DNA of 50,564 nt. It comes from Oscillospiraceae bacterium (GTDB lineage Bacteria; Bacillota; Clostridia; Oscillospirales; CAG-272). Numbering within the stretch: position 1 is the first letter of the stretch; every line of letters begins with the position of its first letter. The stretch is taken from NCBI GenBank assembly GCA_015063525.1, contig SVTZ01000002.1, positions 1-50,564 on the forward strand, read 5' to 3'. Under the pieces are notes generated by a model, which saw only the letters and a list, made by a program, of their open reading frames with translations, was not told the DNA's origin and did not search any database. Of this stretch, positions 40,898 through 49,070 are shown piece by piece. Both the position numbers and the translations under genes were made by a program.

Positions 40898-40907
40898 AAA
40901 TTCCCCC

Positions 40908-40936
40908 TTGAATTATCCTTTCCGGTTTGATATAAT
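40908..40936 (+). promoter_or_regulatory. Sigma-A promoter for the flavin reductase gene
   Basis: TTGAAT (40908-40913), 17 nt, TATAAT (40931-40936). Confidence 0.55.
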
Positions 40937-40970
40937 ATAAATGAAGATTTTTTACGAAAAGGAGACTTTT

Positions 40971-41528
40971 ATGCGCAAGAATTTTGGTGCCAAGACCTGG
41001 CTTTACCCTATGCCTGTGCTTATCGTCGGTACTTACGGCGAGGACGGCACGCCAAACGCGATGAACGCCGCCTGGGGCGGTATTTACGACACTAATTTGG
41101 TGATGGTCTGCCTTGCAGACGATCATAAGACCACCGAGAACATTAAGAAAACCTCTGCCTTCACCCTTAGCTTTGCCACCCGCGAGACCGTCGCGCCCTG
41201 CGACTACGTGGGCATCGTTTCGGCAAACGACGTTCCGGATAAATTCTCCCGCGCGGGCTTCCACGCGACGAAGAGTGAGTTCGTCAACGCGCCCCTTATC
41301 GACGAGCTGCCTATGGCGGTTGAGTGCAGACTCCTTAAGTTTAACGAGGACGGCATCTGCATCGGCGAGATCCTGAATATTTCCGCAGACGAGAGCATTC
41401 TTGACGCGGACGGTAAGATCGACGCCGCAAAGCTTGATCCCATAATCTACGACAGCGTCAGCCACGCCTACCGGAGCTTCGGTGAGAAGGTGGGACAGGC
41501 ATTTTCCGACGGAAAGAGCATTAAATAA
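40971..41528 (+). CDS. Flavin reductase-like (FMN-binding split-barrel) domain protein
   Basis: MRKNFGAKTWLYPMPVLIVGTYGEDGTPNAMNAAWGG.. is the typical flavoredoxin/flavin reductase N-terminus. The ATG at 40971 follows AAGGAG; the track start at 40941 overlaps the predicted transcription start. Confidence 0.8.
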   Translation: MRKNFGAKTWLYPMPVLIVGTYGEDGTPNAMNAAWGGIYDTNLVMVCLADDHKTTENIKKTSAFTLSFATRETVAPCDYVGIVSANDVPDKFSRAGFHATKSEFVNAPLIDELPMAVECRLLKFNEDGICIGEILNISADESILDADGKIDAAKLDPIIYDSVSHAYRSFGEKVGQAFSDGKSIK

Positions 41529-41560
41529 ATTCGGAATTCGGAATTCGAAATTGATACACT

Positions 41561-41685
41561 GTAGGGTCGAGCATCGCTCGTCAAAGCAGCCTTCCCTGTT
41601 GGGGAAGGTGGCAGGCGAAAGCCTGACGGATGAGGTGAGATAAACAATGGATGATGAATACCGTAGGGGCGAGCACTGCTCGTCC
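41561..41685. repeat. Composite intergenic repeat: two decayed copies of the GTAGGGGCGAGC palindrome flanking a double-hairpin module
   Basis: gtagggtcgagcatcgctcg (41561-41580) and gtaggggcgagcactgctcg (41663-41682) share the left arm of the 11749-11775 palindrome. Between them lie ccttccc-tgtt-ggggaagg and caggc-gaaa-gcctg hairpins (41590-41628). Confidence 0.5.
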
Positions 41686-41710
41686 GAAAATATAAAAAAA
41701 CAAAGAAAAA

Positions 41711-41738
41711 AGCATAGAAAACGGCTGTTTTCTATGCT
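41711..41738. terminator. Strong hairpin terminator (long U-tract on the minus strand, weak on the plus strand)
   Basis: agcatagaaaac / gttttctatgct perfect 12-bp stem, loop ggct. The minus strand continues ttttttctttgttttttt. Confidence 0.65.
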
Positions 41739-41860
41739 TTCCAGGTCTACTTAAAAAGAGATTATTTGAAATTATATTTTTTGAGATTTTTCCTATTACT
41801 ACGTAATAGGATTTTGAGATATGTAAATTTTCCTATACGTATTATTCTCTCAAATGACAA

Positions 41861-41894
41861 AAAGCCGATACGGGCTTTATACCGTATCGGCTTT
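41861..41894. terminator. Bidirectional terminator ending the opp operon
   Basis: aaagccgatacgg / ccgtatcggcttt 13-bp stem with an 8-nt loop; T-runs on both strands. Confidence 0.7.
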
Positions 41895-41936
41895 TATACT
41901 GTTTTTGCACTTTCATTTTAAGTTGTACGTTTTGCG

Positions 41937-43208
41937 TTATTCTGTAAATTCTGCAGTGAATTTCGTTTTACCGTCGTCGTAAAGTTCCTTAAAAACCGCA
42001 GTTTCTTCATTATGACGAAGCAATGTTCCGTTAAACCAAATCGAATAAATGCCGTCTCGCGAAAGGCTCGTAAGTTTTTCTTGTTCAAACGCATTGCTGA
42101 TGTAGATAGGTATGACAGAGAGTAGAACCTCAGCGCAAGTAGCATCACTCGAATATGAAATCAAAGTATTGAGCGAGTTTTTGCACAATCCATCATTTAC
42201 GTCAACGTAAGCGTGTCGTTCCGTACCGTCCTCATAGCGATAGTAAGTCATATCCAATTTGTTTGTTTTGAAGGAACGAAGGAAAACAATGCTGTTTTCG
42301 CCCACATATTCATATCTTCCGACGTCATATGCATCGCCTGCATATTGAGCTATGAGATTATAGGAATAGGAGACGTTTTCTCTTATGTCGAAGTTTCGCA
42401 TAAATCCGTCATAGGCGGAAATGGTTCCGTAAACGTAGCCTTTTTCTACAAGCGAATCGGCAATATAGTCTACAATAAAAGCGTTTTTAGCCCAGAAGAA
42501 ATCAATGAAGGTATCTATGGCATTCTCCTGCGCAAAGGACTGAAATTCGGGTGAAACAACAAGCTTAACCTTGTTATTGCCCAGCAGCTCAAGGTTAACA
42601 TGCTCCTCGCTTGATGTAAATGCGGAGAGTTGAGCAAAATACTCTGCAATCTGCTCATCAACGTACGGATCAAATTCGCTTGCCGAATAATCCTCCGTGG
42701 AAGCGAACAAATTTATATACTCGGTATAAAAAGGCGCGGCAAATAAAAATCTGTTTCCTGTACTTTGAATTTGCTCAAAAGCGTGATACAGTGCCGAGTC
42801 AACCTCTATCTCTTTACCGATATTGCGGTTGATATAATATGGATTATGCACACCCTCAAAGCCGTAATCCGCATGGAATATACGGTACGCTTTGCTACAA
42901 AGGTCGGTATAGAGGAGGGAAAGTGATTTATATTCCGAGGTGGTGGAGCTATCTGATACGCCAAGCTCGTAAAGGAGTATCAGCTCTGATGCAACGCTTT
43001 CACTTGACGGCGTGGTCGTCTCAACGCGAGTCCAACCGGCATCGTAGCTTAACCATTTGTAAACTGATATACCGATAAAGGTAAGTCCTATAACGAGCAG
43101 CACCGCCGCTATGATTATTCTTTTATTTATTCCCTTTTTCTCCGGAGGCTCGCTTTGTTGAACGGGCTCCGGAGCTTTATCGGAAACTATTCCATTATCT
43201 TCTATCAT
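41937..43208 (-). CDS. Membrane-anchored extracytoplasmic protein of unknown function; weak, divergent resemblance to the ApbE (FAD:protein FMN transferase) fold
   Basis: N-terminal TM anchor IIIAAVLLVIGLTFIGISVY. Blocks ..INRNIGKEIEVDSALYHAF.., ..WAKNAFIVDYIADSLVEKGYVYGTISAYDG.. and ..RHAYVDVNDGL.. loosely parallel ApbE blocks (iN...g..v.v...l; KGyavD.....L...G......lGG; HhiidP.tG). Starts 3 nt after the oppF stop. Confidence 0.4.
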   Translation of the reverse strand: MIEDNGIVSDKAPEPVQQSEPPEKKGINKRIIIAAVLLVIGLTFIGISVYKWLSYDAGWTRVETTTPSSESVASELILLYELGVSDSSTTSEYKSLSLLYTDLCSKAYRIFHADYGFEGVHNPYYINRNIGKEIEVDSALYHAFEQIQSTGNRFLFAAPFYTEYINLFASTEDYSASEFDPYVDEQIAEYFAQLSAFTSSEEHVNLELLGNNKVKLVVSPEFQSFAQENAIDTFIDFFWAKNAFIVDYIADSLVEKGYVYGTISAYDGFMRNFDIRENVSYSYNLIAQYAGDAYDVGRYEYVGENSIVFLRSFKTNKLDMTYYRYEDGTERHAYVDVNDGLCKNSLNTLISYSSDATCAEVLLSVIPIYISNAFEQEKLTSLSRDGIYSIWFNGTLLRHNEETAVFKELYDDGKTKFTAEFTE

Positions 43209-43211
43209 ATA

Positions 43212-44531
43212 TCATAGTACAGCGCAAAGCAACGCCAAGCCAAACAGACCGATGATCGCGCCAAGAGCGCAAAGCCCGGCTATAGCGCCTTTCTTACATG
43301 CCTTGTAATTGCGTATATAATTGTGTTTTTTGAAGATTGCGCCTGCAATAAATCCGGCAATCGTTCCAACAATGGGAATGAACGCACCAATGGTATAGAG
43401 AATGTTGCCCGTATCGTGAATGGGAGTATCCAAAATGGCACTTTCATCCACGGTATCGTATTGGTTCGTCTGAGCCTCGGCCGCCATTTCCTCGTCAGTC
43501 ATGATAGTAATAGATTTAAGGGTGGTGCCGGATTTTCGAATTTGTTTGTATTTCTCAATTTCAGCCTCGTTGCCGAAAACGAAATGTCCGTGGCCAATAT
43601 CCTGAAGCGAAGGCTTGCTCTCGCTGTAATCGTGAATTGAAGGATCATATGCAAAGAGCTTTTTGCGCTTTTCCAACTCGGGATCAGGAATGGGAATTGC
43701 AGAAATAAGAGATCTTGTATAGGGGTGAAGCGGGAAATTGAAAAGTTCCTCCGCATCTGCAATCTCAACGATATCACCCTTGTAAATAACTCCAATACGG
43801 TCGGAGATGAAGCGAACTATTGAAAGATCGTGAGCAATGAAGAGATATGTTGTTTGTCTCTCTTTTTGGAACTTCTTGAGCAGATTCAACACCTGCGCTC
43901 GAATAGAAACGTCCAAAGCCGAAATAGGCTCGTCTGCGACGACTAGCTCGGGCTCCATAACCATAGCGCGGGCTACGCCGATTCTCTGACGCTGACCACC
44001 CGAGAACTCGTGGGGATAACGTGTGAGATGCTCGCGTAGCAGACCTACCTCCTCGATCATATTTTCAACCTTGGCGACTCTGTCTGCCTCATTCTCGTAG
44101 AGGTGGAAATTGTAAAGTCCCTCGGAGATTATATAATCGACCGTTGCGCGCTCGTTCAGTGACGCTGCGGGATCCTGGAAGATCATCTGAATGTTTCTGA
44201 TAACCTCACGGTCAAGGCTTTTCGGGATTTTTCCCGAAATTGGAACGCCCTTGTAAAAAATACGTCCGTTTGCGCAAGGGTTTACGCGGATGACCGCGCG
44301 ACCAATAGTGGTTTTGCCCGAACCGGACTCGCCAACAAGGGAGAAGGTCTCTCCCTTGTAAATATCAAACGATGCGTTTTTAACAGCTCTTACAGCCTTG
44401 TCACCTTTACCAAAGGTGATGTCAACGTTTTTGAGTGAAAGCAAGATCTCCTTGCCTGCTTCGTCTATCGGACCGTGTTCAGGCAGGTGCTTTATTTTTA
44501 CATTTTCGTTTTTATTGAACTTCATAAACAT
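43212..44531 (-). CDS. oppF: Oligopeptide-type ABC transporter ATP-binding protein (OppF-like) with a C-terminal double-TM extension
   Basis: Walker [10 protein letters not shown], signature FSGGQRQR, Walker [13 protein letters not shown]-loop AHD and an oligopeptide C-terminal domain (HPYT). An extra tail of about 110 aa ends in two hydrophobic helices. Confidence 0.8.
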   Translation of the reverse strand: MFMKFNKNENVKIKHLPEHGPIDEAGKEILLSLKNVDITFGKGDKAVRAVKNASFDIYKGETFSLVGESGSGKTTIGRAVIRVNPCANGRIFYKGVPISGKIPKSLDREVIRNIQMIFQDPAASLNERATVDYIISEGLYNFHLYENEADRVAKVENMIEEVGLLREHLTRYPHEFSGGQRQRIGVARAMVMEPELVVADEPISALDVSIRAQVLNLLKKFQKERQTTYLFIAHDLSIVRFISDRIGVIYKGDIVEIADAEELFNFPLHPYTRSLISAIPIPDPELEKRKKLFAYDPSIHDYSESKPSLQDIGHGHFVFGNEAEIEKYKQIRKSGTTLKSITIMTDEEMAAEAQTNQYDTVDESAILDTPIHDTGNILYTIGAFIPIVGTIAGFIAGAIFKKHNYIRNYKACKKGAIAGLCALGAIIGLFGLALLCAVL

Positions 44532-44543
44532 AACCTGCCTTTC

Positions 44544-46295
44544 TTAGATATTAAACACGTTACTGAGCTTCTCATGAATGTTTTGGATTGCCTCAGGCTT
44601 TTCAACTTTTGGCGAACGAGGATCGAGAAGCCAGGTCTTTGCGTAATGAGTGTCCGAAACACGGAACATAGGGGGCTCCTTGAGGGTATCAATCTTCATG
44701 CAATACTGATTTCTCGGCGCAAATGGATCGCCGACGATAGTATTGTAAAGTGAAGGGGGCGTACCCGCGATCGAGAAGAGCTTGGAATGTCTCTCAGCCA
44801 ACTGAGGCAGAGAGGAGAGAAGCGCCCAGGTATAGGGATGACGCGGGTCGTAGAATATGTCGTAAACGTTTCCGACTTCAACTATCTGTCCTGCGTAAAG
44901 CACGGCTACTCGGTCGGCTACGTTTGCCACGACGCCAAGGTCATGGGTGATGAATACGATGGTGTAATTGAACTCTCTCTGCAGCTTTTTGAGCAGATCG
45001 AGAATCTGCGCCTGAATGGTAACGTCAAGTGCAGTGGTGGGTTCGTCGCAAATAAGAATCTTGGGTTGGCAGGAAAGAGCAATAGCAATAACTATTCTCT
45101 GTCGCATACCACCGGAATACTGGAAGGGATAATCGTCAAAGCGTTTTTCGGCGTTGGGAATACCAACCTTGTGCATAATTGCGATAGCTCTTTTTCTCGC
45201 CTCAATCTCACTGCAGTGCTGATGCTTGATAATTACGGAGGAAATCTGCTTTCCGATAGTGATAATTGGGTTAAGAGAGGTCATAGGATCCTGGAAGACG
45301 GTTGCAATACGGTCGCCTCTGATCTGAGTCCAGTCCTTGCCGTCCTTGATTTTTGCGAGGTTCAGAACGCATCTGCCGTGAAGACGGTCTTCGGTTTCAT
45401 CAATGTAACGAACGCGGAAGAGAATGGTATCAAAGACCTTGTTGAGCTCAGATTCATTATTAAGGTCCACACCGATGGTCATAGCAGTCTTCAGAGCCTT
45501 CATAAGATCATACATCAATCTTTGACGTCTGATTAAGCTAAATCTTCCTGCAGAAAGGTGAACTTCCTTGGCAATTCTCAAATTGCGTTCAACAGTCTCG
45601 TCTGAAATTTCGCCCGCAATTTCGCGGTTGTACTGCTCGCGAAGCACTTCAAGCTTATTGCGGTATGCCTCAATAGCAGTCTTGTCGTTGTCGTATGCTG
45701 CCTTGTTAGCTGCTTTCTTGGCGTTGAAATCGTCAGTAATGCGCTTGATTTCATCTCTATAAGCAGCGATTGTCGCAGAAGCCTCCGCAATTTCCTTTTT
45801 CTCAGTCTTGCGATCCATGGTCTGACGGCGGTTAAAGATCTCTGTCATCTTGAAATTCAGGTCTGCAATCTTTTCGTTGTATTCCTGCTCCTCATCTGCG
45901 GAGATCTCGTATTTTCCCTTTTCCTCAGACTCCATCTTTTTGATTTCCTGGTATGTCTTTGCACCAAGCTCAAGCTTAGAGAATTTGTTAAGCTTGAGGG
46001 CGAGAGATGCCACAAGCTTTTTGTTGGATTTGGTATAATCAACGTAGGTTTCAGCCAACTCGTCGTCGCTGAATATAATATCTCCCTCGCTGATAAATCC
46101 GTTTTCGTCGAGCATACCCGCAAAGGTTTTGGTAAATACCGACTTACCCGAGCCCGACTCACCAACGATGGCGATGGATTCATTTTCGTAAATGTCAAGA
46201 GAAATGCCGCGTATAGCGGTAAGTATTCTTCCACGAACACGGAATTTTACATGCAGATCCTTGATGGATAGCAGTACTTTTTTGTTATTTTCCAT
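44544..46295 (-). CDS. oppD: Oligopeptide-type ABC transporter ATP-binding protein (OppD-like) carrying a charged, coiled-coil-like insertion of about 235 aa
   Basis: Walker [10 protein letters not shown] (aa 45-53), then the Q-loop context [19 protein letters not shown] only at aa ~325-343; signature YSGGMRQR, Walker [14 protein letters not shown]-loop THD, HPYT. Confidence 0.8.
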   Translation of the reverse strand: MENNKKVLLSIKDLHVKFRVRGRILTAIRGISLDIYENESIAIVGESGSGKSVFTKTFAGMLDENGFISEGDIIFSDDELAETYVDYTKSNKKLVASLALKLNKFSKLELGAKTYQEIKKMESEEKGKYEISADEEQEYNEKIADLNFKMTEIFNRRQTMDRKTEKKEIAEASATIAAYRDEIKRITDDFNAKKAANKAAYDNDKTAIEAYRNKLEVLREQYNREIAGEISDETVERNLRIAKEVHLSAGRFSLIRRQRLMYDLMKALKTAMTIGVDLNNESELNKVFDTILFRVRYIDETEDRLHGRCVLNLAKIKDGKDWTQIRGDRIATVFQDPMTSLNPIITIGKQISSVIIKHQHCSEIEARKRAIAIMHKVGIPNAEKRFDDYPFQYSGGMRQRIVIAIALSCQPKILICDEPTTALDVTIQAQILDLLKKLQREFNYTIVFITHDLGVVANVADRVAVLYAGQIVEVGNVYDIFYDPRHPYTWALLSSLPQLAERHSKLFSIAGTPPSLYNTIVGDPFAPRNQYCMKIDTLKEPPMFRVSDTHYAKTWLLDPRSPKVEKPEAIQNIHEKLSNVFNI

Positions 46296-46307
46296 TTGTT
46301 GCCCTCC

Positions 46308-47285
46308 TTACATATGCGTTCTGGGGTCGGAGGCATCACCAAGATTTTGTCCAACCACGTAAAGAACGACAGTAATTATAGATGCAACCGTTACGGGAGC
46401 CCAGAACTGAAGCTCACGTCCGGGGGTGAACATACTTGCGCTGGCGCGCTCGATAATTCTACCCAGGGACATATCGTCCATCTGCAGACCGATATAGGAG
46501 AGGAACGCCTCGTAAGAAATGTACGAGGGGATCTCGGTAGCCGCCAAGGTAACTATAACGGATACCATGAAGGGAAGAATGTTCTTGAGTGCAATGCGGA
46601 AATTAGACGTACCGAGACAGCGGGATGCAAGATTGTACTCGCGGTCACGGATGATAATAACCTGAGTTCTGATGAAGTAAGCTATGCCCAGCCATCCTGT
46701 AACGGTAAGCGCGAACACCATGCTCCAAAAGCTTGCAGAAAGGATCATAACAACAACCGATATCAAAAGAATATAGGGTACGTTACCTATAATGTTATAT
46801 ACCTCGGTCATAATTATGTCGAATTTCTTTGAGAAGCCCCAAATAGCGCCGATAATTACGCCGATAGTCATATTGATAATAGCGCAAATGAATGCAAAGG
46901 ACAACGAAATGCGCGCACCGGACCAAAGCTTATCGAATACCGATTCTCCGGCAGGACCGGAGCCGAGGATCCAGTGGATGTTGTGTCCGTACTTATCCAT
47001 AGCATCGGAGGGGTTAAGATTCTTACCGTTTTCAACGATAACGTTGGCGGTAGCATCGTAGTTTGAGAACATAGGATAAACGAACGAGAATAAGATCAGA
47101 ATTGCAAGCGCGGAGAGGATAACGATGTTGATCTTCTTTTTGAAGAACACTCGCAGAACCGAACGCCAGTAGGAATATCTGGGCGCGGTGATTTTCTCCG
47201 CGTCGGCAGCGCTGTTTTCAACGTGAGCAAAAAGCTCCTCCTCAGACAAACCGAGGTCAGAAATATCTATTAAATTTTCATTCAT
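46308..47285 (-). CDS. oppC: Oligopeptide-type ABC transporter permease (OppC-like)
   Basis: Six TM segments and an EAA-like loop (REYNLASRCLGTSNFRIALKNILPFM); about 325 aa. Confidence 0.85.
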   Translation of the reverse strand: MNENLIDISDLGLSEEELFAHVENSAADAEKITAPRYSYWRSVLRVFFKKKINIVILSALAILILFSFVYPMFSNYDATANVIVENGKNLNPSDAMDKYGHNIHWILGSGPAGESVFDKLWSGARISLSFAFICAIINMTIGVIIGAIWGFSKKFDIIMTEVYNIIGNVPYILLISVVVMILSASFWSMVFALTVTGWLGIAYFIRTQVIIIRDREYNLASRCLGTSNFRIALKNILPFMVSVIVTLAATEIPSYISYEAFLSYIGLQMDDMSLGRIIERASASMFTPGRELQFWAPVTVASIITVVLYVVGQNLGDASDPRTHM

Positions 47286-47290
47286 ATCAT

Positions 47291-48892
47291 TTACCTCGCT
47301 TTGTTACTAAAGGATATTCTCGGGTCAACCAGAGACATAAGAATGTCGCCGAGAATGATTGCCGTAATAGAGATGAGTGCGTAGAAGAGAGTAAGACCGA
47401 CGATTACCGAATTATCGTAAAGGTTGATAGCGTTGGTAAGCAAATTACCTACGCCGGGAACGTAGTAGATCTTCTCTGTAATGATTGCTCCGACGAGAGC
47501 CGAAAGAATGCTGCCGGGGATACCGTGTACAATAGGAATTGCTGCATTCTTAAAGATATGCTTTCTGAATATTTCGCCCTCTGTAAGACCGCCCGAACGC
47601 GCAAACTTTACGTAGTCCGAGTTCATCTGGTCTATCATATAACGGCGCAGCCACTTCATAAGGTTTGCAATAGAAGGCATTGCAAGCGATACGATAGGCA
47701 GAATATACATCAGAGGCGTTTCGTTCATCAGATCCATAAAGTGCGGCAGTCCCGCTGCGCGTCCCAATGCCTGAACCATAAAGATGTACGCAAGCGAGGG
47801 GCAGGCGATGATAAAGATGATGTAGAACGTGCCGAGCTTGTCGAGCAGCTTGTCCTTTCTTCTCGCCATAACGATACCGATAGGAAGACCTATACAGTAT
47901 GCAAGCACCGATGAGATAACACCTATAACAAAGGAATATCCCATTCTGGATTTATTCTGACGGAAGGGAGATACGTTGGTGTAATCATCTGTGAAACGGT
48001 CTGAAAGCAGGGAGGTCGAGAGATGCGTTCCTGCGGAGGAATAGGTCGCGCTGTGAAGATCGTCAGCGCTCGTCTCGGTAAGACCCGTGGGATAGGTCAT
48101 AGTAGACTGAACGTAAGCACCCTGAGTCTGTACCATAGTATCAAAAACGTCTACGTTACGGTTTACAGAATAAGAAGTACCAAGATTAACGCCTATCAGA
48201 TTCTGATGAATATAGGGGAACTTTGAATCACAGTAAAGTAAATACTTGTGATGCGTGCCGTTGCCGATAATAGCGGGGGAGAACACCTTTTTGACCACCT
48301 CGCCTGTTCCGGGCTCGGTGTTATATACGGGGTCGTAGAAGGTGAAGGTCAGACCCCTGTTCTCTATGTCGTCTTCTACCTTGTGAATATTATCAATGAC
48401 AACAAGGTTGCCAAAGAAGGAGAGCATACGCTTGAAAACGGGAATATCCTTGTGGGCAAAGAGCTGCTGCTTTCCGCCTGCCGCCAGCTTAGTGGAGGTC
48501 AGCATTTTTGCGTCAAGTCGCTCTACCTTATAACCGAGCGATTCGTAATACTCGGTGAATTGCTTAACGTATTTCGCAACGATTTCAGAATCTCCGCTTT
48601 CCTTACGCGCAAATTTTGTGGCGGCAGCTCGGGTTTCCTCGTCTATTTCACCCGACTTTGCCAGCGCGTTCAGATAATCGGTGTACTGAACGTAATCGAG
48701 ATATCCATATTTTTCCCATTGCGAATACTTGTATACTTCTCGCTCATTGTTCTGCTTTTTGGTATAGATGCCGTCGCCCGCAAATATTCTGTCACGATCT
48801 GTGAACGTGAAGATAAGCATCATAACGAGCGCGACGACCACAACTACAGAAAAAATGCCGAGACCTATTCGCTTTAACAAATATTTTGTCAT
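47291..48892 (-). CDS. oppB: Oligopeptide-type ABC transporter permease (OppB-like) with a greatly expanded first extracytoplasmic loop
   Basis: Canonical OppB N-terminus MTKYLLKRIGLGIFSVV and C-terminal EAA region (DYVKFARSGGLTEGEIFRKHIFKNAAIPIV), but about 285 aa separate TM1 and TM2. Start at 48892; the track start at 48940 adds non-homologous residues. Confidence 0.8.
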   Translation of the reverse strand: MTKYLLKRIGLGIFSVVVVVALVMMLIFTFTDRDRIFAGDGIYTKKQNNEREVYKYSQWEKYGYLDYVQYTDYLNALAKSGEIDEETRAAATKFARKESGDSEIVAKYVKQFTEYYESLGYKVERLDAKMLTSTKLAAGGKQQLFAHKDIPVFKRMLSFFGNLVVIDNIHKVEDDIENRGLTFTFYDPVYNTEPGTGEVVKKVFSPAIIGNGTHHKYLLYCDSKFPYIHQNLIGVNLGTSYSVNRNVDVFDTMVQTQGAYVQSTMTYPTGLTETSADDLHSATYSSAGTHLSTSLLSDRFTDDYTNVSPFRQNKSRMGYSFVIGVISSVLAYCIGLPIGIVMARRKDKLLDKLGTFYIIFIIACPSLAYIFMVQALGRAAGLPHFMDLMNETPLMYILPIVSLAMPSIANLMKWLRRYMIDQMNSDYVKFARSGGLTEGEIFRKHIFKNAAIPIVHGIPGSILSALVGAIITEKIYYVPGVGNLLTNAINLYDNSVIVGLTLFYALISITAIILGDILMSLVDPRISFSNKAR

Positions 48893-49004
48893 AATATTTA
48901 TTCCTGAATTATTTATTTTTAAAAATTGCGCCGTGCGCAATTAGGATTGGCGAATTTAAGTTTAGTTTGCGCTAAAAAATTTAAATTATGATATTTGCAC
49001 AATA

Positions 49005-49030
49005 GAGGGGATAGAAATTTCTATCCCCTC
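49005..49030 (-). other. Perfect 26-nt palindrome between oppA and oppB (intercistronic stabiliser or attenuator hairpin)
   Basis: gaggggatagaaa / tttctatcccctc, 40 nt downstream of the oppA stop on the minus strand. No immediate U-tract. Confidence 0.5.
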
Positions 49031-49070
49031 GCTGTTTAAACTGCGATTTTTATAAAATCGTGAGAGTTAA

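Noticed and set aside
41531-41550. Micro-tandem cggaattcggaattcgaaatt (two EcoRI sites) after the flavin reductase stop, as a possible cloning or assembly artefact.
   Set aside because: It is only 2.5 copies of a 7-nt unit with no vector-like flanks, and the surrounding sequence is continuous with native-looking terminators and repeats. It is most simply a trivial slippage duplication.
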